From assembly GCA_965205015.1 (NCBI GenBank), contig OZ242029.1, positions 455,937 through 519,936 of the forward strand: DNA of 64,000 nt. Reading direction: 5' to 3'. How positions within the stretch are numbered: the first letter of the stretch is position 1; the number at the start of each line of letters is the position of its first letter. Below are positions 18,379-27,848 of the stretch, one piece after another. The position numbers and the translations under genes are program-made. The notes beneath the pieces were generated by a model. That model did no database searches. It saw only the letters and a list, made by a program, of their open reading frames with translations, and was not told where the DNA came from. The DNA is from Candidatus Poribacteria bacterium. Lineage in GTDB: Bacteria > Poribacteria > WGA-4E > WGA-3G.

Positions 18379-19305
18379 CTACCACTTCTGTGTCGGTGTT
18401 TCGGAGAGGTCTTTGACGAATTCGTAGGTCCAATCCACGGTCCGATACCCGCAGTTGCTATAAAAGAGGAACGCTCGGTGGTTATCCCAAGCAGTGCTAA
18501 TCGCCGCATGCCGGTATCCGACTTTGTGCATCTCTTGCAGCGCGTATTGGAGCAGGTAACGCCCCAAACCCTGTCCCTGAAAATCGTCCTCAATACCGAG
18601 CCAAACGGTATGCAGCCAGGCTTGTGCATCGGTATCGTTTGAGAACTCACCCCCACAGAGGGATTCACAGATGCCAACCTGCTCCCCGTTTTGGTGGGCG
18701 AGCACAGTGCAGTTCGGGAATTGCCCACGTCCATCCTGCCACTCGACAGAAAGCGTTACCGGTAGACTCGAAGGGACTGGCGTAACGGAATAATCCTTCC
18801 AATCCAAAAAGACCTCGCCAGCAGAACGATGGTATCCGTTATATCCGAGGAGACCCTGAACGTGATCAAGTGCGTCCGATAGATAAGCGTGTTCAAAGTG
18901 ATAAAAGCGGTATCGGCAATCTTGTGGGAAAGCGAAAATTCGGGAAACGTTAAATGTTTTCAGATAGGCTTCGGCTTTTTCAAGCACGGCTTGTCCAATA
19001 CGCCGCGCCCCGCGTGCGTAGGCGAAGAACCGAATAACACCTATGTCCTCTTCTCTATTATCCCCGATCTGACCGATACCGACGTGGATAAACGCCTGCA
19101 CTGCACCGTTCGCCATTGCAACAAAGGCAGCTTCGGAGTCGAGCCCACCCTCCTTCTTATCGGCTTTACCGGTGGCAACCCCGCGTATCGCAGTAGCCAA
19201 TTCTTCCGCTTTCACCGGATAGCACTTCGGCACATTGGCGGTCATACGGTTGTAAAATTGGGTTAAGGGCGCTTGCATGTCGGGTGTATATTGAAGAATA
19301 TCCAT
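18379..19305 (-). CDS. GNAT-family N-acetyltransferase (two GNAT-like halves)
   Basis: The C-terminal half carries acetyl-CoA motif A (QGQGLGRYLLQYALQEMHKVG). Confidence 0.7.
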   Translation of the reverse strand: MDILQYTPDMQAPLTQFYNRMTANVPKCYPVKAEELATAIRGVATGKADKKEGGLDSEAAFVAMANGAVQAFIHVGIGQIGDNREEDIGVIRFFAYARGARRIGQAVLEKAEAYLKTFNVSRIFAFPQDCRYRFYHFEHAYLSDALDHVQGLLGYNGYHRSAGEVFLDWKDYSVTPVPSSLPVTLSVEWQDGRGQFPNCTVLAHQNGEQVGICESLCGGEFSNDTDAQAWLHTVWLGIEDDFQGQGLGRYLLQYALQEMHKVGYRHAAISTAWDNHRAFLFYSNCGYRTVDWTYEFVKDLSETPTQKW

Positions 19306-19314
19306 CCATTTCTC

Positions 19315-21942
19315 CTAACGTTTCTCGACCCGGAAACTGGCATCCAACGCCTTTTCAACTCGGACTTGCGATTCTTCAAGGTGCGCAAAACTGTAATCGT
19401 CAAGGTTACCTCTGGCATTTTGAAGTACGCGCTGTATCTTACCCCTGATTTGTCCGAGATGGAGACGTGCAAGCGATCGCGCATCTTCAGGCGTGCCACT
19501 GTCGGCTTCCAACACCAGTTTGATGAGTTGCTTCAAGTGCTCACGCTGCAAACCGCGACGGAAACTGGAGATGAACGCATCTGAATTCGACCACTGCTTC
19601 GCACCCGCATCCCTCCCGAGTTCGACCCAGACTGCATCCGTAATGCCTGAAAAGAGTTCTGGCAGTGTGAACGCCTCCTCACCCTTAGGGAACTTAAGTT
19701 CAGCGTCCTGAACGCGGGACAGAACCGAGGGATAAAGCATGCGTTCCAAGATGAGGGTTTGATTGCGCAGAATAACATCATGCACCGGATAATCGAAACG
19801 TGTAGAGGTCCAACTATCTCCGCCCCAATCACTCCAACGGGTAATTGCCAGACTATTGAGGAGTTCGGGCGAGAAACTGAAGGCTTTATCTGAAAGGGCA
19901 TATTCCTTGATGAATTGGAGTGCCTCGCGTTGTTTCGCTGCTGGCACAGGCACAAACGGTAGACGCCCATTCTCATCACCCCGATGATCGCGATGGTGAT
20001 ACTGCCCACCGATGTATCGGCTTGCGAGATACATTGTGAAACCGTGTTCATACAGCAGACTCCCAAAAGCACGCCTGACCCGCTGATAGCCCATCCCTTC
20101 CTTCGCAACTTTGTCGGCAATCTTATCCCAGAGTCCCACAACGACCTCGCGTCGTTGCTTAGCAAACGCAAGCGGATCATCACCGAGGTCCCACCGATTT
20201 ACCAGTGGATCGAGGTCTCTGAAGCGGTACCCATAAGCGTCTTCATCTGTACCATAAGTGAGTTCTGATGATGCAACACGGGAAGCGATCTCACCTAACG
20301 CTTTCAATTCACCTTCGGGTTTGCTGGCATCAATGGGTTTATAGGCGTACTCGACCACCCAGTAATCCCAAGGTCCGATCGTCTTTGTATAGTAATCCCC
20401 CTGTTCCTGACCTTCCGGTGCGATATTCACGGCATCGTATTCCATAACGGAGCCGATAAGTGCTTCGCCCTTCTTTTTGTTCAAGTCGTCAAGAGAGAAG
20501 ATCGTACTCGCTTTAAAGTTGTGGCGGAATCCCAACGTATGTCCGACTTCGTGCATCGTTAACGTCTTGAGTGCCTCCCCAATGAACTCCTCCGGGAGCT
20601 CACCGTCTTCGTCAGCCAAACCCCGTGCCTGCAAGACACTTGCCATAAAGCCCATCTGCCGTGCTAATCCGGATGCGATCTGACATTGGAAGTGTGAAGA
20701 GTGGTCCATCGGGTGGTCGCGTTCATGTGCTACCTCATCAAAGAACGTCGTATACTCGCGCTGCCAGTACCGGATCCAACTTTCACCGATAAGGATATCG
20801 GCATCCAAGATCTGTCCCGTCAACGGGTTCACGCGAGAGGGACCGATCGCGAACCCCGCGCCAACCATCCAACGAATCGTATTGTACCGCGCATCTTCGG
20901 GGTCCCAGTCCTCATGGTCTTGCTGAATCCGCGCTTCAATCGCATCGGCAAAGCCTATTTTTTCAAACGCCTTGTTCCATTCCAGAATCCCCTGTCGGAC
21001 ATAGGGACGGTAGCGATGCGGTACGGTTTTCTCAATGTAGAAGATGATCGGTGCTTTTGGGGGTGAAAGTTTCGCATCTTTGTCGGCTTTCTCCAAATGC
21101 CAGCGGTTGACATACCGGATAAAAGGGGCATCACTGGTTTTAGACGAATAGTCTTTGACCGCCGTCATAAAATGTCCGAGGCGATCATCAGCCAATCGGG
21201 GACGATAATTGTTCTCTGGAAGTCCAGCGAGACTGTAGTGCAGCGTCAACTGGATCCCACGACTGTCCGGAATGGTACTCATATTCCTTTGGGAACTGTA
21301 GACAGCATTGACTTTTAACTCAACGTTCTTCGGGAACGCCTTGACTGCTCCCCACGTACTCCGCGTTTTGTCGAAGCGGGCATCAGATGCAATACGGCGT
21401 GCCAAAGGCGGTAGGTCGGATATGAAAACCGGAGAGATGTTCACCAGCACGCTCTTCCGTTGCGGGTGGATGCTTTCAATCTTGAGGGAGAACAGCACGG
21501 AGTCGTTGTGCCCTAAGTCAACCGCTTCTGCAATCGGTGTCCCTTTGTCCGCACGGAAACGCACATTTTTTCGCACCAGATGCACCTTGTCCCCGACACG
21601 CCGCCAGACGAGCATCCACTCCTCCAGCGTCATCCCTGAAAGGAGGAATCCTTGCCCCAGACCGCGCGCAACGCTAATCATGCACAGAAAGGGCTTGTCC
21701 AACTGGGAGGGTTGAATTTCGCAATAGAGGTTCTCTTTTTTCTGGTACAGTTTGAAAAAGCCCTCGTAACTTTTACTGTCCTCGGTCACCTTTGAAAAAT
21801 CTTCAAACTCTTTCTTCTTTTTTGCGGGTGCTTCCTGTGTCGTCGGTTTTGCGGGTTGTGTCGCTTCCTGAGCAGATACCGAAAAGCAAAAAACCCCTAT
21901 TAGAATTAGACAGATCCAGAAAGTCAATTGATATCGCATCAT
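19315..21942 (-). CDS. Secreted zinc-dependent metalloprotease (DUF5117/DUF4953-type)
   Basis: A signal peptide, an HEXXH motif (MHEVGHTLGFRHNF), length 875 aa and overall organisation matching the Bacteroidetes-type zinc metalloprotease family. Confidence 0.8.
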   Translation of the reverse strand: MMRYQLTFWICLILIGVFCFSVSAQEATQPAKPTTQEAPAKKKKEFEDFSKVTEDSKSYEGFFKLYQKKENLYCEIQPSQLDKPFLCMISVARGLGQGFLLSGMTLEEWMLVWRRVGDKVHLVRKNVRFRADKGTPIAEAVDLGHNDSVLFSLKIESIHPQRKSVLVNISPVFISDLPPLARRIASDARFDKTRSTWGAVKAFPKNVELKVNAVYSSQRNMSTIPDSRGIQLTLHYSLAGLPENNYRPRLADDRLGHFMTAVKDYSSKTSDAPFIRYVNRWHLEKADKDAKLSPPKAPIIFYIEKTVPHRYRPYVRQGILEWNKAFEKIGFADAIEARIQQDHEDWDPEDARYNTIRWMVGAGFAIGPSRVNPLTGQILDADILIGESWIRYWQREYTTFFDEVAHERDHPMDHSSHFQCQIASGLARQMGFMASVLQARGLADEDGELPEEFIGEALKTLTMHEVGHTLGFRHNFKASTIFSLDDLNKKKGEALIGSVMEYDAVNIAPEGQEQGDYYTKTIGPWDYWVVEYAYKPIDASKPEGELKALGEIASRVASSELTYGTDEDAYGYRFRDLDPLVNRWDLGDDPLAFAKQRREVVVGLWDKIADKVAKEGMGYQRVRRAFGSLLYEHGFTMYLASRYIGGQYHHRDHRGDENGRLPFVPVPAAKQREALQFIKEYALSDKAFSFSPELLNSLAITRWSDWGGDSWTSTRFDYPVHDVILRNQTLILERMLYPSVLSRVQDAELKFPKGEEAFTLPELFSGITDAVWVELGRDAGAKQWSNSDAFISSFRRGLQREHLKQLIKLVLEADSGTPEDARSLARLHLGQIRGKIQRVLQNARGNLDDYSFAHLEESQVRVEKALDASFRVEKR

Positions 21943-22209
21943 CTCTCCTCCTTATTTCATTACCGATAGACAAATACGCGTGAGTGCTACCAGTGTGAGA
22001 GGTTTAGGTGTCTTTTTCCGCGCCAATCCGTTTCTGCCGTAGGTTTACCGTCCGAAGAGGGATAGAAGGGTGTTGGCACAGACATGATTTTTTTCCGCAG
22101 GGTGCTACCTCCTCAAAGGATTATCAAACTGCCAAGACTTTCGTCATTAAGGATAACACACAAGGTGCGAAATGTCAATTTGCATCAAGGTCTTCTTGTT
22201 ATCCCCACT

Positions 22210-22965
22210 TTACTGATAATGAATCCGCCGATTGCCATCGAATGAAAACCTGGGCCAATCACGTTCCCAGTTTTCGGAGGCGTAAGGGATATAATGGCAC
22301 GCCAAGGCGTGTCTACGCGTTCCCGACTTCAAAATTTCCGCGCCCCCGTGGATTAACTTTCCATCAAATAGAATCACGTCCCCAGCATTCACCATCACCT
22401 GAACTGCGTCGGTTCCGTTTTCGTCGAAAACCTGTTTGACGGCTGGAAAATAACGGTTGTGCTGTTGCAACTCGTACGTCTCTCCGGGCAACAATGTCAT
22501 CGGCACATCATTTTTCGTAATCAATCGACCCCGGTTCGACCCCGGCTGGACTATCAGGGGTCCATTATCTTCATCAACACGAACCATCGCAAGCCAAGCG
22601 GATATGCAATCGGGTAGATAATACTGGTCTTGATGCAGCGGATGCTCCGATCCTTCATAAAAATGCATCGTTTGGATGCCTTCCGGTTCCCCACCGAAAC
22701 AATCCGCGAGCGGCTTATGTAAGCGCGGATCAATAAGCATATCCAGCACGACGGGATCGTAAAGATGCTGATTAAAGGTTCGAGACCCGTATTTATCCTG
22801 TTGAAAGAACCCCTCAAGTTGCTTGTGACCTGTGTGCAGGTCTTCCATGTGCTTAACAAAACGCTGACATTCCTCTTGCGAGAAAACACCTTCAAGAACG
22901 AGATACCCATTCTCTTGATAAAATGTTTTTTGTGCAGGTGTCAAACCTGTCTTTTCGGATGCCAT
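22210..22965 (-). CDS. Phytanoyl-CoA dioxygenase (PhyH) family oxygenase
   Basis: HQDQYY ... LIHGG facial triad spacing within a PhyH-like fold. Confidence 0.75.
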   Translation of the reverse strand: MASEKTGLTPAQKTFYQENGYLVLEGVFSQEECQRFVKHMEDLHTGHKQLEGFFQQDKYGSRTFNQHLYDPVVLDMLIDPRLHKPLADCFGGEPEGIQTMHFYEGSEHPLHQDQYYLPDCISAWLAMVRVDEDNGPLIVQPGSNRGRLITKNDVPMTLLPGETYELQQHNRYFPAVKQVFDENGTDAVQVMVNAGDVILFDGKLIHGGAEILKSGTRRHALACHYIPYASENWERDWPRFSFDGNRRIHYQ

Positions 22966-23140
22966 TTTCCCTCCTCAAGAAGTTGCAGACTCTTTTTAGC
23001 GGCTTCTCTTTTTATTTTATCACAATCTTTGGTGACACTGTAGTTAAATTCTTAGATTCTGAAGGGTTTGACAGCCTTTACCAAAACTGTTATCATATTT
23101 GCAAGTATTTTCGCCAAAGAGGGTTGAAAGGAGACGATTA

Positions 23141-23890
23141 ATGGAAAGGGTTCCGAAGATTGTCGCAATTGGTGGGGGAGAAATTAGTGAACAGGAAACC
23201 GAGGCGATTGATAGACGTATCATTGAATTAACCGGCAAAACACAGCCGAAGGCACTCTTTATTCCAACCGCCAGTAGCGATGCTCATGGATATATTGAGA
23301 CGTTTGAGACATATTACGGCGGACATCTCGGGTGTCAAACGCGGAGTCTCAAACTCACACAAGAGCCACCAGCATTTGATGAGATGTCAGCACTCGTGTT
23401 GGACTCGGACCTTATTTATGTTGGGGGCGGAAACACGCTCCGAATGATGAAACTCTGGCGACGGCTGGGATTAGATACCGTGCTGGCGGAAGCCGCATCC
23501 CGCGGCATCGTCCTATCAGGTCTCAGTGCCGGGGCGATCTGCTGGTTTAAATACGGACATAGCGATTCCCAGTCTTTCACCAGCAATCCGAAATGGGACT
23601 ATATCCGTGTGAGGGGACTCGGATTCATCAACGCTATATACTGCCCGCACTATCACTTCGAGAAGCGAGAACATAGTTTTTCACAGACAATTGCAAAGCG
23701 AAGCGGGATCGGCATCGCCTGTGATAACAACGCCGCAATTGAGATCGTAGGTGATCACTATCGCATTATCACTTCTGCCCCTACCGGGAAGGCATACAAA
23801 CTCTTTAAGCGTAAAGGAGAAGTTGTTCGTACGGAATTATCCGAAAATAGTGACTACACATCTTTAGCCGACCTTTTAAGGCGGAGATAA
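23141..23890 (+). CDS. pepE: Peptidase S51 family (dipeptidase E / cyanophycinase-like)
   Basis: KIVAIGGG...ALFIPTASSD...VGGGNT...GLSAGAICWF carries the GxSAG nucleophile elbow. AAAGGAG precedes the ATG at 23141. Confidence 0.8.
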   Translation: MERVPKIVAIGGGEISEQETEAIDRRIIELTGKTQPKALFIPTASSDAHGYIETFETYYGGHLGCQTRSLKLTQEPPAFDEMSALVLDSDLIYVGGGNTLRMMKLWRRLGLDTVLAEAASRGIVLSGLSAGAICWFKYGHSDSQSFTSNPKWDYIRVRGLGFINAIYCPHYHFEKREHSFSQTIAKRSGIGIACDNNAAIEIVGDHYRIITSAPTGKAYKLFKRKGEVVRTELSENSDYTSLADLLRRR

Positions 23891-24193
23891 CGCCAAAACA
23901 CGGAAACCGAAATATGTCTTGACGGATTGCCCGCGCCGTACCATTCTATCCCAATCAACACTTTTTAAAGAATTGAAAGCACTTCCCGGTGTTGTCGATG
24001 CGCAACGGAACATCCTGTACGACATATTTCAGACGCTTTCAGGAAATGTGTCAATTCCCACGCCTCCCCCTATAAACTTCTGAGTATCCAAATTATGTCT
24101 TGACCGATTACACACCCTATGCTATCCTATCCACATCAATACTTTTAAGAAGGAGGAGGACCTTTTCTCTTCGCGATGGAAGCCTCGTAAACC

Positions 24194-25249
24194 TTGGTCG
24201 GGGATGTGGAGAGTTTCGGTTACCATATTTTTATGCAAGTTGCAGCAATGTTTGGTGAGGGTAAGGGAGGCGTGGTAGATAAACCCGATCCTCAGGCAGC
24301 AGGAGATATCGTCGTTGTTAAAATTCATGCCGTCCCAATGTGTACAGAATATAAAGGATTCATATCTGGCGGCACCGGCGATAATTTTGGTCACGAAGCC
24401 GCTGGAGAAGTCGTCGAAGTCGCACAACCCGGTCGTGTCAAGGTAGGCGACCGTGTGGTGGTGCAGCCACAGAACTCCTGTGGGAAGTGCGAGATGTGTG
24501 CGATTGGTGAGCATATCCACTGCCTCAAAGGACGGAACATCCAGGAGATTCTCGGGACGGAACCGGCTTCAGCGACTTACGCGCAGTATATGCACAAAAT
24601 GGAAGATCTGTTGTCTCCAATTCCAGATGGTGTAAGCTACGCACACGCCGGGATGGCGTGTTGTGGATTGGGACCGACATTCGGTGCCATGGAGCAGATG
24701 CAGGTCAATTCATTAGATACCGTCATGGTTACCGGATTGGGTCCCGTTGGACTTGGCGGGATTGTGAATGCCCGGTACCGCGGTGCGCGTGTCATCGGTG
24801 TTGAAAGCCACCCGTATCGCGCCGCACTCGCGAAAAAATTAGGCGCAGACATTGTCTTCAATCCGATGGATGAAGATATCCTCGATCAGATCCAAGACTT
24901 TACGGACGGAGTCGGCGTTGACAAAGCATTGGACTGCTCAGGCGCGTCTGCGGCACACCGGTTGATGGTCGATGCTGCCCGCAGGAAAGGACAGGTCACG
25001 TTCGTTGGAGAAGGTGGGGAATTTCCGCTTGGCGCAAGCCGAGATATGATTCGGAAAGGTCTCGTGCTACGCGGGAATTGGCACTATAACCTCGGTGTCT
25101 ATCCAAAATTGATGCAGGTGATTCAGAGTGTGCCTGAACAAATAGATACCTTCATCACTCACACGTTCCCGATGCATGACGTTCAGACAGCGTGGGAATT
25201 GCAAGCAACAGGTGAGTGTGGTAAGGTTGTGCTGGATCCGTGGGCATAG
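24194..25249 (+). CDS. Zinc-dependent alcohol dehydrogenase (MDR family; threonine/sorbitol dehydrogenase-like)
   Basis: A catalytic GHEAAGEVVEV motif, a structural-zinc motif CGKCEMCAIGEHIHC and a Rossmann motif VTGLGPVGLG. The start is uncertain, with candidates TTG 24194, ATG 24233 or ATG 24248. Confidence 0.85.
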   Translation: MVGDVESFGYHIFMQVAAMFGEGKGGVVDKPDPQAAGDIVVVKIHAVPMCTEYKGFISGGTGDNFGHEAAGEVVEVAQPGRVKVGDRVVVQPQNSCGKCEMCAIGEHIHCLKGRNIQEILGTEPASATYAQYMHKMEDLLSPIPDGVSYAHAGMACCGLGPTFGAMEQMQVNSLDTVMVTGLGPVGLGGIVNARYRGARVIGVESHPYRAALAKKLGADIVFNPMDEDILDQIQDFTDGVGVDKALDCSGASAAHRLMVDAARRKGQVTFVGEGGEFPLGASRDMIRKGLVLRGNWHYNLGVYPKLMQVIQSVPEQIDTFITHTFPMHDVQTAWELQATGECGKVVLDPWA

Positions 25250-25307
25250 CCTCTTTTTAAATGTTCCCTACGGGTCAAGATCAGGGATTCATCCTTCAAC
25301 ACGTCTT

Positions 25308-26657
25308 TCAGACGGTTGCGTCTTGGAGACGACGGAGTTTGAGGACGAAAGACGCTTCGTTGAGCTCTACCATATCATAAGAGATCGCTTCCCCTTGAGA
25401 AACATCGCTTTTGAGTTTGACATCATACGCCAAACCGAGGGGAAGTAGATTCTCAGCGCGTGCAACTTCCGCCTTTTCAATGAGTCCGTTGACGGTATAC
25501 CCACCACTTCCATCAAGGGCTTCTCCGGCTTTCAAATTGCGTTTAGCAACCGTAATCACATCCGCAACGGGTGTCGGCAGCGGCGTGCCTGTTGGTTGTC
25601 CATAGAGCGCAGCTTTTGCAATCGAAATAGGTGCTTCAACAGCCACTAAGTGATACGGACGGTAAAGAAGATAGTTCTTTCCGTTCCCACCGGGATAGAG
25701 ATTGTAGCCAGCAAGATCTTCTTGCGTGAACGGGTGATCCGTCCGAATGACAACGAACACTCCCATCCGAAGCGGATTCTCCAGCATCGTCCTCCCATCG
25801 GTCGCAACACTGTTTGCGAGCTCTACGACCCCGTGTCGGTTTAGAATACCCCCCTCCTCTTGAAGGCTGAAGACCTTGGCAATGTCTTCAATGTTCACTG
25901 AAGGTTCGTGCATACCGCGGATATCCGGTGGCAGTCCTGCCATATTTGCCAACGAGGTCATTTCAATTTGCGCTTTCGATCCATCTCGAAATGAATTGAA
26001 CATCTTGAAGTTAATCGTGCGACGCTCAATATGTTCTTGGCTAAATCCGAATCTCTGAGGAACGGTATCTGGTATCCCGACACGATCATCGTCATAGAAC
26101 ACGGTGCCGCGTCCGGCAGCGACGATTTCAAAACCGAGCGTTTTTGACCACTCAACGATGTTCATCGTCACACCGGGCTGATCCCCGTCGACGAGCGTAT
26201 AAACAACCCCCGCGGTGTCTGCCAAGCGTCTCAGAAACGGACCGATAGTCACATCGGTCTCGACGTTAACCATCACCAGATGCTTCTTGTGCATCAGGGT
26301 ATGGTACGCCATTCGCGCGCCGACTTCAGGGATACCGGTGGCTTCAACAACCACATCAATTAAATCCGATTGGATAATGTGTAGTCCATCTTCAGTGATT
26401 GCGCGTTTACCGCTGCGGATCGCATCGTTCATTGCGTCAACGTTTCCCACCCGCTGAATCGCGTCGGAGAGGACATCGCTGACTTTATACGCGCCTTTAG
26501 CATGTCCCAAGTCAATGTCGGCAATTGCGCTTGCCACCATACCTTGCATCTGCGAGATTTGCGCCACCAGCCCGGCACCAAATTTCCCCGCACCGATGAT
26601 ACCGACCCGGATCGGATTATTCTCCGCTGCGCGCTTGGCAAGTTGTGTACTGAACAT
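25308..26657 (-). CDS. NAD(P)-binding oxidoreductase with C-terminal SAF domain (COG4091, homoserine-dehydrogenase-like)
   Basis: An N-terminal Rossmann motif IRVGIIGAGKFGAG and a C-terminal SAF-like segment (VAKRNLKAGEALDGSGGYTV). Confidence 0.55.
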   Translation of the reverse strand: MFSTQLAKRAAENNPIRVGIIGAGKFGAGLVAQISQMQGMVASAIADIDLGHAKGAYKVSDVLSDAIQRVGNVDAMNDAIRSGKRAITEDGLHIIQSDLIDVVVEATGIPEVGARMAYHTLMHKKHLVMVNVETDVTIGPFLRRLADTAGVVYTLVDGDQPGVTMNIVEWSKTLGFEIVAAGRGTVFYDDDRVGIPDTVPQRFGFSQEHIERRTINFKMFNSFRDGSKAQIEMTSLANMAGLPPDIRGMHEPSVNIEDIAKVFSLQEEGGILNRHGVVELANSVATDGRTMLENPLRMGVFVVIRTDHPFTQEDLAGYNLYPGGNGKNYLLYRPYHLVAVEAPISIAKAALYGQPTGTPLPTPVADVITVAKRNLKAGEALDGSGGYTVNGLIEKAEVARAENLLPLGLAYDVKLKSDVSQGEAISYDMVELNEASFVLKLRRLQDATV

Positions 26658-26710
26658 CAGGACTCCTCTTCGGAGGTCCCGCGATGGCGTGCCTCCGCTG
26701 ATTTGAAACG

Positions 26711-27280
26711 CTATTGAACACGTTTCTCATATGCTGCGCGTGTCATCTCAAAGTCCACCGTTTTTCCGTCGTCCACTTCTCGTGAAACGGTGAATCCGAG
26801 TGACTCCCACAACGTTTTTGAACGGGCATTGTCTACCCGGACATCCATCGGACAGAACCGATCAATCCCCAATTTCTCAAACGCGTGCGCGACTAAACAC
26901 CGCACGACCTCTTTTCCGTAGCCTTTACCCCACAAGGTTTTGTCCCAAATTCCGATGGGTAGGCGCATTATCTTTTCACCCTCGATTTTTCCTCGCTCCA
27001 AGTTCATCCACTGCAAACAGACCTCGCCGATGGTGCGTCCGCTTGCTTTTTCTACAATCGCGAACAAAAAACCGTCTTTTGCCATCGCCTTGCCAGCGGC
27101 TTTGAGATAGTCTTTCGTTATGGGTTCATCCGGTGGCTCCCCCTCCATCGCCAGTAGGAAATCAGGGTCATTGTAAAAGGGGACCGCAATATCAAAATCA
27201 GCATCTTTAAAGGGGCGAAGTCTGAGCCGTTTAGTTTCCAAGTGAATACTGTGGCCTGCAAAATTACCGGGTTGTAGCAT
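26711..27280 (-). CDS. GNAT-family N-acetyltransferase (RimJ/RimL-like)
   Basis: LRLRPFKDADFD...GEVCLQW...WGKGYGKEVVRCLVAHAFEKLG is the Acetyltransf_3 pattern. Confidence 0.85.
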   Translation of the reverse strand: MLQPGNFAGHSIHLETKRLRLRPFKDADFDIAVPFYNDPDFLLAMEGEPPDEPITKDYLKAAGKAMAKDGFLFAIVEKASGRTIGEVCLQWMNLERGKIEGEKIMRLPIGIWDKTLWGKGYGKEVVRCLVAHAFEKLGIDRFCPMDVRVDNARSKTLWESLGFTVSREVDDGKTVDFEMTRAAYEKRVQ

Positions 27281-27304
27281 ACCTAAAACGCTCCTTACCC
27301 ATTA

Positions 27305-27718
27305 TTAGAGGATTTCTGTAATCCATTCACCATCATGTGCCGGATTATAGATGAGTCCCTCTTTTATATCAAGACAGAGATCGAGATGTTCCAATACCAT
27401 GTGTCCGACGAGAACAGGTGATCCGTCGGGCAGATCGGTAACCTGTATTGACCTTGTTCGTCCCAATATCGTAAATTGGACTTCTGAATAGAGAATGCGC
27501 TCAGCAATACCAGTGGCAGTGCGGACTCTTGTCGACTCGACCGGCGTGAGTCCGAGTCGTTCAATGAGGGGAGTCGGCAAACAAAGCCCTGTTGCCCCCG
27601 TATCAACGAGGGCATCCGTAATGGTAAGCCGCCGCACGTCTTCCGGATCCATAACGCCTAATTTCACGGCTACCAAGTCGTATAGATTTTCGAGTTCAAT
27701 GTGTGTTGTGTGTCTCAT
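27305..27718 (-). CDS. Retropepsin-like aspartic protease domain protein (clan AA)
   Basis: 137 aa with a DALVDTGATGLCLP active-site motif (DTGA). Confidence 0.75.
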   Translation of the reverse strand: MRHTTHIELENLYDLVAVKLGVMDPEDVRRLTITDALVDTGATGLCLPTPLIERLGLTPVESTRVRTATGIAERILYSEVQFTILGRTRSIQVTDLPDGSPVLVGHMVLEHLDLCLDIKEGLIYNPAHDGEWITEIL

Positions 27719-27848
27719 TTTTATCCTCCTCCCTTAGCGTTGAATTCTGAAATTGCGTATTGTATTGACACGGACAATTATAGCAGATTTGAATCAGAAA
27801 TATCAAGAGGAAGGTGTCTGATTTCGCGTAGAGATCACGACTATAACA

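Noticed and set aside
19533-21715. Multiple 100-216-aa ORFs in other frames within the metalloprotease gene
   Set aside because: They are embedded in and antisense to an 875-aa gene with HEXXH and a signal peptide. They are shadow ORFs.
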